A stretch of DNA of 64,000 nucleotides from NCBI RefSeq assembly GCF_020745735.1, contig NC_083409.1, positions 16,738,303 through 16,802,302 on the forward strand, in the 5' to 3' direction. The stretch's first letter is position 1. Every line of letters begins with the position of its first letter. The notes beneath the pieces were generated by a model. It saw only the letters and a list, made by a program, of their open reading frames with translations, had not been told where the DNA came from and did not search any database. A program made the translations under genes and the position numbers. The stretch is from Hemiscyllium ocellatum (taxonomy: Eukaryota). Below are positions 24,707-38,069 of this stretch, one piece after another.

Positions 24707-25544
24707 AAGGTTGGAGTCTCCTGATCCGGGTCCTCATCCATTGCCTGCGCACTCTCACCCTCCAGGAGTCATGGGGTCATGAGGAGCAGTGACCCTGTCT
24801 GACCCCAGGACATTGAGACTCTTTGCAGCCGAACCCTTGACCCTCAGCCCAGCAGTGTGCAGCAAGGTTTGAATTGTAATCTAGAACCTTCTACACAGAC
24901 ACCCCAATGTGACTCTTTCCCAAAGTGTGTGGATCCGAGTCTGCTCCAACGTTCTTGGACAAAGTTCTCCTGATCTGTGGGTGATCGGAGATTTGTTAAA
25001 GAGCTATCGAGCTCCATCCTACTTTCCAGCTCTTGCTCCATAGCTTTAGAGGGTTCACTGTTTCAAATGAATATCCAAGTGTTTTTTCAATGTGATGAGT
25101 GTTTCTGCCTCTCCCATTCTTTCAGACAGTGAGTCCCACATCCCACCAGCCTCTGGGTGAAAACAAATACCCTCAACTCCCCTCTAATCCTGCCCCCAAC
25201 TGATTTCAATCTCTCCCCATGGTTATTGCCCTCTGTGCTGGTGGAAATCAGTCCTTCCTACCCACTCTGTCCACGCCCCTCATCATTTTACACGCCACCA
25301 TCAAATCTTCCCTCAGCCTCCTCTGTTCCAAAGAAAACACTCCCAGCCAAACCAATCATTCCGCAAAGCTCAAAGTCCCCATTCCAGACAAACTCCTCCT
25401 CTGTCCCCGTCTCTAATGGAATCGCATCCTTTCTGTAATGTGGTGACCAGAACCGTACACAGTTCTCTCACTGTGCTCTAACTGGGGTTTTATACAGTTC
25501 CAGAATAAACAAACTCTTTGCTTTCACAGTCAACCAAAAATGAG

Positions 25545-25860
25545 ATAAGGGAGGTGATGGTCTAATGGTGTTATTGCTGAGCTGTTAATCCAGAGATCCA
25601 GGTAATGTTCTTGGGACCAGGGTTAGAATCCAGCAGATGGTGGCATTCAAATTCAATTTTAAAAATCTGCAATTTAGAGTCTAATGACGACCATGAAACC
25701 ATTGTTGATTGTCAGGAAAAAAGCCATCTGTTCCCTAATGAGCTTTCGGTAAAGAAACTGCCATCCTTACCATGTGACTCCATGCCCACAGCAATGTGGT
25801 TGACTCTAAACTGCCCTCTGGGTGATTAGGGATGGGCAATAAATGCTGCTGATCCAGCAA
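25545..25860 (+). mobile_element. tRNA-derived SINE with L2-like tail
   Basis: tRNA-like head (ggtctaatggt...gggttagaatcc) and gcaatgtggttgactct...agggatgggcaataaatgctg tail; tail pieces recur at about 11900, 26820 and 44180. Confidence 0.6.
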
Positions 25861-27019
25861 TGCCCTCATTCCATCAAGGGAAAATGAAGAACAGTTTATC
25901 CCATGTGTCTTCTTACCACCTCACTGACCTGTATTCAGTAATCACCGTGGCCACATCTTCCACCTCCACACACATTTGACTTCCAGCTTCAAACTGATGA
26001 GAGACATTCCTTCATTATCTGAGAAACAGATAGAAACATCAAACACAGGAGTAGCAGTAAGCCATTCGGCCGGTCCAGCATGTTCCACCATTCAATATGA
26101 TCATGGCTGATCATCCAACACAATCCCCTGTTCCTGCTTTCTCCCCACATTCTTTGATCCCTTTAATCCAAAGAACTATATCTAATTCTTGATTGAACAC
26201 ATACTGCATCTAATTCCACCATGCTGGTAAAATGGATGAGAATTATTGAGTTGTGGTTTTTTGACCAGTATGGACACAATCGGCCTTTGGGTCTCTCTGA
26301 CTCTATGACTCGATTGTATTATATTATGAATAACTGAGTACCAAGGACTGACACGTGTGGTACACGAAGTTGTAACTACCTGTCATTCAGAAAAAGATTC
26401 ACTCCTTCTGTCCTGTCTGCCAACCAGTTCCCAATCCATGTCAGTACATGACCCCCAATCCTCTTGTTCATTCAGTCTAGACCTGGAAGTCCCACCCTTA
26501 CTCATTGTGGGAGCAGATTCTGAACGATCTCTGTCTCATCCTTCGAGGGCTCCCACTGCCCTGACACTGATTTCCCATCATGTCACTGCTTCCAGTCCAC
26601 TTTTACCAAAGCACCACACAGTTTAGTAAAATGAAAACTTCTACACTTGCTCCATGCTTCTTTATTTCCATCCCTACTCTCAGGCTCACTGTGTTCTGAT
26701 CACTGCCACTGAAATGCTCCCCCATTGATAGCCTTTCCAGCTGCCCACATTTATTCTATAAACAATGATCCAAAACTGTCCCTTCTCTCTCTGCTGATTC
26801 ACCATCACCTTCTCAGGGGCAACTAGGGATGGGTAATAAGTGCTGGCCCTGCCAGTGACACTCACATCCCAAGAAACAATTTTAAAAGGCCCTGTCCTTT
26901 TATGGGGTTTATTCTGTATTGACTACAAATGTTCAAAAAGATTGAATGGCCAGTGAATATTGGGAAGTTTGAATTCCCTTTCAGTGGTAGGAATTAAAAT
27001 TGTTTCTCTTGTCTTTCAG

Positions 27020-27348
27020 GCCATGACAACTCACAGCCCAAGCTGACACTGCTGCCCCCCTCCCTGGAGCAGGTCAATGCCAAGGGCACTGCCACCCTGG
27101 TGTGCCTTGCCAATCACTTCTATCCCGATGAGCTGGAGGTGCAGTGGAAGAAGGATGGTGCAGTCATTTCAGACGGGGTTCAGACCAGCAACTACCTGCG
27201 AGCTTCGGACAGCACCTACAGTGTCAGCAGCCTGCTGACCCTCTCTGGGTCTGACTGGGAGTCCAACGCTCGCTTCTCCTGTGCCCTCACCCACGTGACC
27301 CTCCCCTCTCCCCTCAGCAAGAGCATCAGGAGATCAGAATGTGTGTAG
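27020..27348 (+). CDS. IGKC: Ig kappa constant exon
   Basis: After tttcag: (S)HDNSQPKLTLLPPSLEQVNAKGTATLVCLANHFYPDELEVQWKKDG...STYSVSSLLTLSGSDWESNARFSCALTHVTLPSPLSKSIRRSECV-stop. Both Ig Cys, the Trp and the penultimate inter-chain Cys are present. Confidence 0.98.
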
Positions 27349-27837
27349 AGTGTTGGAGACAGTCCACAGAGGAGACACAACTTTAAATAGGACAGGGCTG
27401 AGCTGGCAGGACAAAGGTCATTGTCAGCACTGAATTTCTCTTCCTTCCTTCTCAGGATTGCTCAGAGAAACATCTGAGGTTTGGATGTTAAAGCATGTCA
27501 TTGGGATAGTGGTGAGAGAACTTTACACCATGTCAAAACTCATACTGTCCTGGAAGTGTTTGATGGGGACAGGATTGCCTTGTGATGTTAGCTGCAAAAA
27601 ACAATGTGAACCTCAGAAGTCTCTGCTTCAGTAAACCAGATCTCCTTCCTGCTCAGCCACCAGTTCCAATTTAAGGTTTTGTCACTGTTTGAAGGGACAG
27701 GATTCTCGTGTTATTGAGAAAATCTCTCCAAATGTTTTCCTCAAGCTCCATTGTGGCTGTGAATTTGAACAGCTTCCTCTGTCTGGGCTGTTAATTGCAG
27801 TTGTTTCTTTTTCTGTCAATGTGAATGTGGAAAAGGG

Positions 27838-27843
27838 AATAAA
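27838..27843 (+). terminator. Polyadenylation signal of the kappa transcript
   Basis: AATAAA about 490 nt after the stop, followed by a GT/T-rich tract; retained in the inverted copy at 42211-42216. Confidence 0.75.
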
Positions 27844-28390
27844 GGTGAAGATTCAGTCTCTGTCTCTGTCTGCTTTGGAAATAACAGACCTCTACCCCAC
27901 CCCCAAACCCCTCAGTTGATTGGCTGTATTTCAGCAGATCCTTGTCACAATTGGTTACTTGGCCTGTCAATCAATTTCAATCATCAATCGTTTTCAAATG
28001 ATCCCTTTGATCAGGGATTTGTGTAGGTTACAAGATTCCAAAAAGAACAGAAACTGAAAGTTGTTGGGACTCAATAAGTACAATCTGATGCATTCCCTCT
28101 TCACTCGGTTGGTCCCGGCCCAGCTGATGGGATCGAACTGTGCAATCTCTGCTGTATGTCAGACAGCCGATGAAACAATCATCAGCCATTCACAGACATT
28201 GCCGGCTCTGTCTCTCTTGGTGTGATTGTTCAACTTAATGCTACCTGTAGGTGTCTCTCTGGGCGTGGGCGTGTTACTCAGAGACACACTCACAGGCAGC
28301 GCTCAGTAACGCACCCACATTCGGAGACACCTTCAGGCAGCATGGAGTGTGAGCATGTGACTCAGTGCAGCCTGTCTCTCAGAATGCGTG

Positions 28391-28508
28391 TGTTACTCTG
28401 TGCTGCCTGTAGGTGTCTCTCTCAGTGTGAGTGTGTTACTCTGTGCTGCCTGTAGGTGTCTCTCTCAGTACGAGTGTGTTACTCTGTGCTGCCTGTAGGT
28501 GTCTCTCT
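28391..28508 (+). repeat. 43-bp tandem repeat (about 2.7 units, plus a partial unit at about 28240-28280)
   Basis: tgttactctgtgctgcctgtaggtgtctctctcagtgtgagtg units start at 28391, 28434 and 28477. Confidence 0.95.
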
Positions 28509-28892
28509 GAGGTCTGTGTCTCCGAGCGATGGATTGAGAATGGGCTTTGTGCTGGGGATTGAAGATCAGGCTTTAATCTTCTCAAATCATGAATGAAAAA
28601 AGGTTAATCTGATTCAGACTGAGAGGCAGCTCATTCAGATAGCCAAAGTTAAAAAAACATACAACATCAGGTTATAGTCAGCAGGTTTATTTGGAAGTAA
28701 AAGCATTCAGAGTGCTGCCCCTTCATTAGGTAGCTGGAGGGGCAGGATCATTGGGCACAGAATTTATAGCAAATTCAGATAGCAGCTGAAAAAAGTGAAT
28801 TCTGAGAGTGTATTCTCAGTAAGGGAGGGATTTCAGAGGCAGTGGGCACTGTGCTCTCATATGTGTTGCCGAAGTCCGAGGGGATTTTCTGG

Positions 28893-29022
28893 AGGAGAAA
28901 GTGAGGACTGCAGATGCTGGAGATCAGAGCTGAAAATGTGTTGCAGGAAAAGCGCAGCAGGTCAGGCAGCATCCGAGGAACAGGAGAATAGACGTTTCGA
29001 GCATAAACCCTTCTTCAGGAAT
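28893..29022 (-). mobile_element. Penelope-like pLTR fragment (similar copies at about 8650-8830, 10140-10280, 35510-35628, 38440-38580)
   Basis: Reverse complement reads cctgaagaagggtttatgctcgaaacgtc...tgctgcctgacctgctg...ccagcatctgcagtcctcacttt. Confidence 0.75.
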
Positions 29023-29699
29023 TACTGGATCCAGGGTCAGAGCAGTCATGGCTGCCTGCCCAGCCAATGCTGGCTACCCATAGTCATATTTCAGTGGTTA
29101 ATTAACCCAAAACAAGGTGCAGCAATATTACCTTCCAGGGAGGGGAGCTGTCTGAGGGAGGGAGGTTGAATTCTTGCAGCCCCAAGAGAGGGTGCGGTGG
29201 ATTAATGACAGGTATGACCACCATGAAGGTGCCACCTTCTCTCCCCCTGCGCCAGCTGTGATGACCCTCAGGTTAAAAGTGTGACTTCTCTGGGATGATG
29301 ACCACATTCCTGGGTGATGGAGGGAAGGCCAACCTCTCCCAAAGCCAGCACAGGCTGGATCGAAGTGGCATCAAGAGTAAGCATGGGGAGATTGAGGGTG
29401 ACAGAAGGAGGGGGTTGGTTGGCAGGTTGTTATTCAGAGTCAGGTCCCAGAGTATCAGTCCTTCTGACACTCCCTTTTTTATCTGTCGGTAAGATTCCCT
29501 GACTGGACAAATTTAACTGTCCCTGTCAGAGAACTCATATTTTATCAAAAAGAATAAACATTTATTGAACATGGAGCTCAAGAGCTAAACGACACGAGAC
29601 AAAATGAATAGTTTGAAAGGTTTCATCATGGACACCGCAAATAAGATTTGGGGAAGAATGTTTTCACTCAGCGGGTGGTGGGAATCTGGAATGGACTGT

Positions 29700-30000
29700 C
29701 ATAGAATCCCTACTGTGAGGAAACAGGCCATTTTCACCAACAAGTCCACACTGATCCTTGGAAGTGTAACCCACCCAAGATCCAATCCCCTATCCCATTA
29801 CTCTACTTTTGCCCTGACTAATGAACCTAACCTACACATCCCTGATCACTATGGGCAACTTAGCACAGCCAATTCACAAAAGCTGCACGACTTTAGATTG
29901 TGGAAGGAAACCCAGAGCACCCAGAGGAAACCTACACAGACACTTGGAGAATATGAAAACTCCACACATACAGTTGCCTGAGGCTGGAATTGAACCTGGG
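29700..30000 (-). mobile_element. tRNA-derived V-SINE (HE1-like)
   Basis: Reverse complement of the V-SINE consensus seen at 61119. Confidence 0.8.
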
Positions 30001-30004
30001 TCAG

Positions 30005-32650
30005 ACTGGCCTTGACTTCGCTCCAGCTTCTGCCTCCACTTCTGGCCCCACCCACTCTGCAACCAAGACTCAGACTGCATTTCGCAGAGACAGCCTGAGT
30101 CCAACTGTCTACCTGCAGCCATCCAGCACACTCGCTCTCCCTCCTCACCTATCCACCCCCACAGTGCACCCTATCCCTCTACTACTCCCTCTTCACCTCA
30201 TCCCCACCTCCCCACTCCCCCACCTCACTCCACAACCCACCTCCGTCCCAAACTCCTTTCTCTCCCACACCCATTCCCCATGCAACATCACAACCAACCC
30301 TCACCCACCACATGCAATCATCCTTCTCCCCTCCCCTCCTTCAGCCAACTTTGACCCCCCCAAAAACCTCACCCCTGAGCCCTGCACCACATTTACTATC
30401 CCCCCTGACCTCGAACTTTCTGAGGCCAAAAGGTCTATCCTCAGGAAAGGGCTCACAGTCATTCCCGCCCGACCCCACCTCAAAAAGTCCCACACCCACC
30501 ACGATGCGGAGCTCTTCTTCCGCAGCCTCGACTTCCGTGTCTTCTTCTTTAATAAAAACTCCCAAACTCCCTCTGAGGACCCCTTCGCTCACCTCCAACC
30601 TTCTTCCTCCAATTGGTCACCCCCCCAACCTCCCACCACCAGCTGTGTACACACCCTAGACCTCATCATTGCTGACTATTGATGTGCCATCAGTCGCCTC
30701 AATTTCTCCCCTCACCCACTACAACCACACCCCCTCCGATCGAGCACTCCACTCTCTCTGCGCCAACCCTTGGTTCATCATCAAACCCACTGAAAAAGGT
30801 GGGGTGGTGTTAGTCTGGAGAACTGACCTAAATGTCACAGAGACCAAGCCCCAATTCTCAGACACCATATCCTACCTCCCCCTTGCCCATAACCCCGCGG
30901 TGACCCATCAGGCCAAAATCACTCGCACTGTCAGTGCCCCCATTGCCTCCAGTGATCTCCCCTCCACTGTCTGCAACCTCATAGTCCCCCAGCCCTGCAT
31001 TGCCCAGTTCTATCTGCTCCCTAAGATCCACAAGCCCAACTATCCAGCTGACCCATCGTCTCAGCATGCCCCTGCCCCACCGAACTCCTCTCATCCTACC
31101 TCAACTCTCCTCCTTGGTTCAGGCACTGCCCACCTACATCGGCTACACCAACCATGCCCTCCATCTCTTCAGTAACCTCTAGTTCCACAGCCCTAAGTGC
31201 TTTATCTCCACGATGGATGTGCAGCCCTTACATATGTCCATACCCCACAAGGATGGCCTCCAGGCCCAACACCTTTACCTCTGCAACAGACCCGTCCAGT
31301 CCCCTTCCACCAATCCATTCCTCAGCTTTGCCAAACTGGTCCAGGGGGTGCCCATGGGCACCCGGTTGAGCTATGTTCACCAGTCCCTCTTCAGTGACTA
31401 TACAATTTCCCCACAATCTCCACCCTGTCCTCAACTTCACTTCATCCATCTCAGACACCTCCCTGCCCTTTCTTTACCTCTCCATTTCCAATTCTGGCGA
31501 TAATCTTCAGACAGACATTTACTACTAACCCACAGACTCCCATTACTACCTGGACTACACCTCCTCTCAACCAGTATCCAAGAACTCCATCCCATTCTCC
31601 CAATTCATCTGCTTCCGCTCGATCTGATCGGATGAGGAAACATTCCACTGATCACAGATGTCCACCTGTTATGAACAACGTGCTTTTCCTCGTTCTGTCA
31701 TTCACTGCACCACCTCCATTTCCCATTCTATTGCTCTCAAACCACCCCCTCTCCAAACGCAATAAAGTCAGAGTTCCATTGTCCTCAACTATTACCAATC
31801 TTCATATGCACCGCATCATCCTTAAACACTTCCACCAACTCCAACTAGACCACACCACCAAGAACATCTTCCTCTCCCCACCCCTGGCTGCCTTCCACAA
31901 TAACTGTTCCATTTGACAATTCTTGGTTTGTGCCACTTGCCCACCTACCCTCCCGAACCCCGAGGAACCTTCCCCTGCAACCCAAAACAATGCAAAGCCT
32001 GCTGGTACACCAATCCCTCCCCTCCATCCAGGCTCTAAACAGTCCTTCCAGGTGAGACAGAGGTACACCTGCTTCTCCTCCAACCTATTTCACTGCATCA
32101 GGTGCCTGCGATGTGGTCTTCTCTACATTGGGAAGACTAAATATAATCTTAGGGAATGTTTCACCGAGCATCTCAGCCAGGCTTGCAGGGGCCGACGAGA
32201 CCTCTCAGTCCCCACCCATTTCAATTCCCCTTCCCATTCCCTTTCCGAGATGACCATCATTAGCCTCCTCCATTGTCACAATGAACCAAATCACAAATTG
32301 GAGGAACAATACCTCATCTTCCATCTGGGCAGCCTACAGCCCAGATGACTCAACATTAAGTTCTCCAATTTCAAATAACTACTATTCCCTTCCCCCGATT
32401 CCCTTCCCAGCCCCTCTCCCTCCCTTCCATTCCTGCGTGCCACCAACCAGATTCATTCCTCCCATTGACCATCCATGTTGTACCATCTACCTGTCATCAC
32501 CTATCCTCACTTCATCATACTGTCCCCACTACCCCCTTTGTCTGCAGCTTTCTCGTCACCTAACCCCATTCCTGAATAAGGTTTACACCCGAAACATCAA
32601 CTTCTACACTGCCTCATGCTGCCTACTTGCTGTGTTCTTCCAACCTCCTG
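30005..32650 (+). mobile_element. Large degenerate Penelope-like element (RT + GIY-YIG endonuclease; Neptune-like Cys-rich linker)
   Basis: IIKPTEKGGVVLVW, QFYLLPKIHKP, GVPMGT and TCFSSNLFHCIRCLRCGLLYIGKTK...FTEHL...KLEEQYLIFHLGSLQP; frameshifts and stops; decayed pLTR at 32565-32645. Confidence 0.9.
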
Positions 32651-35600
32651 CCTGTCATGAATGGAACCAGCAGGAAAAGGTTAGATCATCAAGTGTCAGG
32701 GCCATCAACAAATGGGAATGGGGCATGCTACAGACAGTTGCATTGAGACAGCCAATCACAAAGAGAAGACCAAACTGGAAATAAAACACTAATACACAGT
32801 GGACGGAATTTAATGTAAGAAAGTGTGAGACCATGCACTTGGGTCGGAATAATCTAAAGGTTGACTATTATTTAAATGTGAGAGATTCCAACAAAGTGCA
32901 GTACAGAGTGATCTGGGTAGTATTGTGCATGAAACACAGAAAGTTCGTGCTGGTACAGCAAGGAATTGAGAAGGCAATTGAATTTTCACCTTTATTGCTG
33001 GGGGTTGGAATTTAAAAGTAGAGAAATCCTGATAAAACTATCAAGGGTGTTAGTGAGCCTGCATTTGGAGTATTGTGTGCAATTTTGGTCCCTGTATTTA
33101 AGAAAGGATGGTCAGCTATTTGAGGCTTCATCCTGCTCCTATTTCTCATGGCCTTGTGTGCTCCAGTGTCCTTCCCTCACAGCAGAGCTGGTTGGAGCAT
33201 GCCTGCAGTAACAGCCTCCAGTCTCTGGGTGGTGCTGCCAAATGATCTGCCTTGCCCAGGCTGTCACAGTTCCCACATCAAAACAATGTCTGGACTTCGG
33301 AAGTATTCCATTGGCTGTAAAATATTTCCAAACATCCTAAGTTCAAGGAACGTATAACTCACATATAATTCTCTCTCCTTTTATATTTTATCTCCATGTC
33401 TCCCAGCTGTCGCCTGAAAACATTACACACTTGTGTAAAATCTAGAATGGATCATGAATCTCTGGGAGAACTTAATCTATGACAACACTGGGATTAATGA
33501 CCACCTCCTGAGTGGGCTATGAGGGGGAAGGTCAACAGCAGTCTCACTGGAACTTGATTTGGGTTATCTTGATCGTGATCCAGTCAGTCAGTGTTTTTGT
33601 CTGGGTCCAGATAGTACAGACCAACCTCGGACCCTGTAATCTGATTGAAGTGAAGGATTAGCTGTGCTGGGCTTTCACACATGGCTCACATACATAGTGA
33701 AGCAGGGATTACACATTTCATGAGGGTAAATGAGACCCACACACTGTCTCCAAGAGAGTGGGGACAGGAACAGTAATATTCTCATACAAAAAAGGATGGT
33801 AAAAATGATAACCCACAAAGAGAGAGGAGACAGGAAAAGTGACGCTCCCCAGAGACAGGCGAACAGTAACTGTGTGCTCCCCACTTTCTTGTTGTGACAT
33901 ATGTCGTTGGGAAATTGGTTTGGTTTATATTTTCTCAATTGTATTTAGGTTTGATGAGGTGATTCGGGAACAAGGATTCCAATTCAATATTTTGTGTAGC
34001 AGCAGATCTACTGAAGGACATGTTTTCATTTGGAGTTTGCCCAGGTTTCTGTCCAGGCTGATACAGCATGATCTACCAGAGCTGCTCCTATTGGGCTAAA
34101 CCATCACACACCAGGGAGTCTGATGGGCACTTTCTCTTTGTGCCAGAAAAGGGAAGGATTTGCTTTTCCTGCAATGGCAGCCAAAGAAATTAGTCAGTGG
34201 ATGTTGTTCCAGCTGACTATAATGTTCTGATGTTCATGATGGGATTAACCTCGACAGTTCCCACTTGCCTTTACCCCGACAGTGGAACAGGAAGTCACCA
34301 TGCAGTGGTCTCCTGGCTCACACTGAGAAACCAAGTTGATGGTATAACTGCAGAGAGCAAGGCAATGGCTTGGACTCACCGAACAACCAGAGGCTTTGGC
34401 CAGTAACTGGGTCACAGGCAAATGGAGTGTTGTGTAAACTTCCAGTGTCTCGGGAACAAACACAACTATTGAGCTACAAAACTGAACAGGATATTTTTAT
34501 GACAAATTGGCATTCCAAAATTAAATAAAAACACAATATGCAATAAAACCTGAGTACAATCTAATTTCAGAGACTACAGCATTTTCTTCGAAAGCTGTAT
34601 GATAATGAGATGAGAATTCAAACAGCCACCCACTCCCTCAAACAGTGTTGAAGTTGCATTGTCCTCATCATAATAAGTTTGCAAGCTTCTTAATAACCCA
34701 AAAGGGGAGCGAAACATTGCAAACTGTATTAACACGAGTGAGGATCCATTAAAAACTAGGACCATGATGTTAAATGCTCCCAGCCATAAATAACACTGAT
34801 GCATTCACATAATTAGAGGGTTAAATGATGTTAAAAAGTCTGCCAACCACTTTCATGAAGATGGAGTATTTAAAACTCAAGAGGTATTGATGACTTTTTT
34901 TCAGTTCTATGCAAGGAAGCAGCAGTTGACATATGAACTCCAACAAACTCATGATAACAGGCATTGAATACAGAGCAGGCTCCTGAGAGAGAGAAAAAAA
35001 ATCAACAGCAGAGATCTGTCCAGTGCTGGGAACATTTTAGACAAGACACCTTGTTGCCAGCAAGTTACTGCAGCTTGAAAACTCCAGTACGGTCAGAAAG
35101 AGAAAAAGGACAATGTACAGATTGTTGAACAGGCCCCTACACCTGGGCCTGAGGCAGGAGCCCAAGCTCCAACACACTGGCCTCACTTCACACCAACCTT
35201 CACACAGTGCGGGGTCATGAACTCCAACCATCAATTCTGAGACTGGGACGGAGGGAGCAGGGGTAATTGTAGAAGAGTCAATAGAGAGTAAAGCAAGATG
35301 GAGAGGGTGTGTTGGAAAGGGGTTAGAGGAGGAAATATACTTTGTGCCACTCAGTACTGACATTGTCTATGTGTATCACAGAATGAACAAAACAGCACAC
35401 TGTGAAGACAAACAAAAGTCACATCAAAGTACTTTTCTTCTCACAGGGGATATTTTCATTGTGGTGTGATAAGTACCCTGCTTCTAGAGCTGTACACTCT
35501 ATGTGTCTGGAGGAGAAAGTGAGGACTGCAGATGCTGGAGATCAGAGCTGAAAATGTGTTGCTGGAAAAGCGCAGCAGGTCAGGCAGCATCTAATGAGCA

Positions 35601-35760
35601 GGAGAATCGACGTTGCCTTCTTCAGGAACTTCATGTGTCTCTACAGATTGAGCCTGTTAGTTCCAAGCAGAGTCCCACTTTACTGATCAGGGACAGTGAA
35701 GCAGCTGCCCTCTAGTGGCGAGAGAGCGCTTGCACTGCTGCTGAGGATTATGGGTAAAGT
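32650..35760. repeat. Segmental duplication block A, left arm (inverted copy at 48250-51840)
   Basis: Collinear reverse-complement matches of non-TE sequence, e.g. 33430-33720 vs 49620-49885, 33840-34200 vs 49060-49420, 34570-34810 vs 48815-49050, 35090-35480 vs 48410-48800. Confidence 0.93.
35705..35718 (-). promoter_or_regulatory. CTCF motif, reverse orientation
   Basis: CTGCCCTCTAGTGG is the reverse complement of CCACTAGAGGGCAG, matching the CTCF core CCASYAGRKGGCRS at every position. Confidence 0.75.
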
Positions 35761-38069
35761 CCCCTTCCATTCGCGCCCACACAAACCAGCAGCCACTTCA
35801 GCTGCTTTATTGAAAACCACAAACTTTAAGGCATTGTTCTTTCAACGGTGGAACTGGACACACGATCATACGAATTAGGGACAAAAATGAAGGAGATTCA
35901 TCCTCTTGAGCCTGCTCCCCATGGCTGACCTGATTATTCCACATTTTTGCCTCACTCCAATAGATTTATGATAAACAATAGCTATCTACTTCTTCACTAC
36001 CAGCATTCAGAGGTTTCATTTCTATGTTTGAAGAAGATTTCCAAAGATCTATGACCTTAAGAAAGAAAGAAAACCTGCTTATCACGGTCTTAAATGAGGG
36101 AACTTATTTTAGTTTTATAGTCTCCCTGAAAAGGAAGCATTCTTTTCACATCCACGCTGTATTCTGTGCTCATGTTGATATGGCATCTGCTTTAATCAGC
36201 TGCTCTCCCATGAGAACAGCTGCCTATCCTGCCACCTTCAGTGACTGATGCACATAAACATCCAGGTCCTACTGCCTCTACACCCAACCATATTTGTACC
36301 CATTATTTTGTTTGTCTCTCCACGTTTTCCTTCCAAAATGAATCAGTGACAGCTCTTTCCATGAAATTCTATCCACAACCATCTGCTCATCCCAATCACT
36401 TATATATATATATTGAAGTTAGACACTATCTTCTTCATGAGCCATAATACATCCAAGTTTCATACCCTCAGCAAATTTTGAAATTATGCCTTGTACACTC
36501 AGGTTAACATAGATTTAACTATTTAAATAGTTTTTAAAGTGAACTATTTTATAAACTATTGTAAATTAAACCTCAAATTTATTGCCCATCTCTAGTTACT
36601 CGGACTGAGTTCTGAGCCAGATTATGGGGCCGTTAAGAATGAATCACGTCACTATGGGACTGGAGTCACAGACCGGGTGATGACTGGGTTCCCTTGTCCA
36701 AACTACATTCATGAACATGACATTGAGTTGCATGGGTTTTTCTTGGTTCAGATCCCAGCGCCTTCCTTCCCAGATATTACATGGCTCACTACTGCCCTCT
36801 CCAGGACAATTTGGGAAGGGCAACAAATAACTGCCACTTTTGTGCCCGCCCATCCCAGGAGAAATCAAAATAAACAAGGTACTTGTTTCTTGATAATAAC
36901 CCAGTGACAGTGAAGGAACAGGGATATATTTCTTAGTCAGGATGATGAATGGTTTGGGGAAAACCCTGCAGGTGATGGTGTTTCCATGTGTGTACTATTT
37001 TAAAAGGCATTTAATAACCTGAAAAAGAGGAATAATAAAGGGAAAGTAATGTGAGAAAGCATTCGACTGGATGGTAATGGATTAATTATTGCGGTGACGT
37101 TTTGGGCAGAGTTGGCTGTTCTTGTCCTGCAGCAACATTCTCCATGGTAACACTTCATTGCATTCCAAAAGAACACGTTAAAACCTCAAAACTCTGACCT
37201 TGCACAAAGACAGTATGAATTATTGACATATTTTATGATTTTTTAAAGTATCAGCCTTGGCTAAGTTGTTAGAACTCCTTCCATGGAGTCAGAAAGGTTT
37301 GGCTTCAGTCCACTCTAAGGTGAGTCAACAACAATCTCACCCATCAGTGACAGAACTGCCGGGGAGCTCCTTTTGGTTCCTGGGGAGGTCCCCAGTTGGG
37401 AGCGAGCAGAGCAATGCTTGTTGGAGACAAGGCTCTCACTGGAGACCTTGGCTTATTATGGAATCCCTGATCAAATGCAACTAAAAGCAGATGTGGGTCA
37501 TGAGAGGGGTGGCAGTTTAACATGAGGACATCATCTGAAGCTTGGTCCATTGATTAGACAAATTGTGGGACAGCCAAGCCGATTTAATCCCTGAGCTGCC
37601 ATATAATCAGGATAGATTCAAGAATTTAGGGGTCAATTGGCTCCTCAGTCAAGTTGATATCGTCTGATGGTAGCTGAGAATTTCAGTTCATTACTTCTAT
37701 CCTGATATTCATTGGGAGAGATTTGCTGCCATTGGGGGCATTGAAATGGGCCACTGGAATGATTAAGTTTGCCTAGAGTCATGTTTCCAACTGTACTAAA
37801 TCTAGCCCAAAGCGTAAAAATCAAAACTGATGTTTCATTTGCAAAACTGAGAGAAGATGTGTAGGTTGGGGATTGGCCGTGCTAAATTACTCATTATGTC
37901 CAAGAGATGCGCAGGCTAGCAAATGGAAAATGCCATGGAAAACGCAGGGTTACAGGGATTGGGTAGGGGAGGTGTGGGTCTGGGTGGGATAGTCTTCAAA
38001 GGGTCGGTATGAGCTTGCTGGGCTGTGTGGCCTGCTTCCACACTGAAGGGATTCCTCGATTCTATGATT

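Larger units (their letters stand above)
16855..25510 (-). mobile_element. Series of CR1-type LINE fragments filling the J-C intron (about 16855-17350, 17390-18810, 19110-19990 ORF1, 20160-22760, 23880-24465, 25130-25510)
   Basis: Minus-strand ORFs: ANVVPLFQNG...NYRPVS...DFSKVFDKVPH (18081..18452), RMVCCLPGAR (19414..19686), GRPFGVEMRRNFFSQRVANLWN (20188..20436), KEEVLGKLEGL (21484..21744). Confidence 0.85.
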
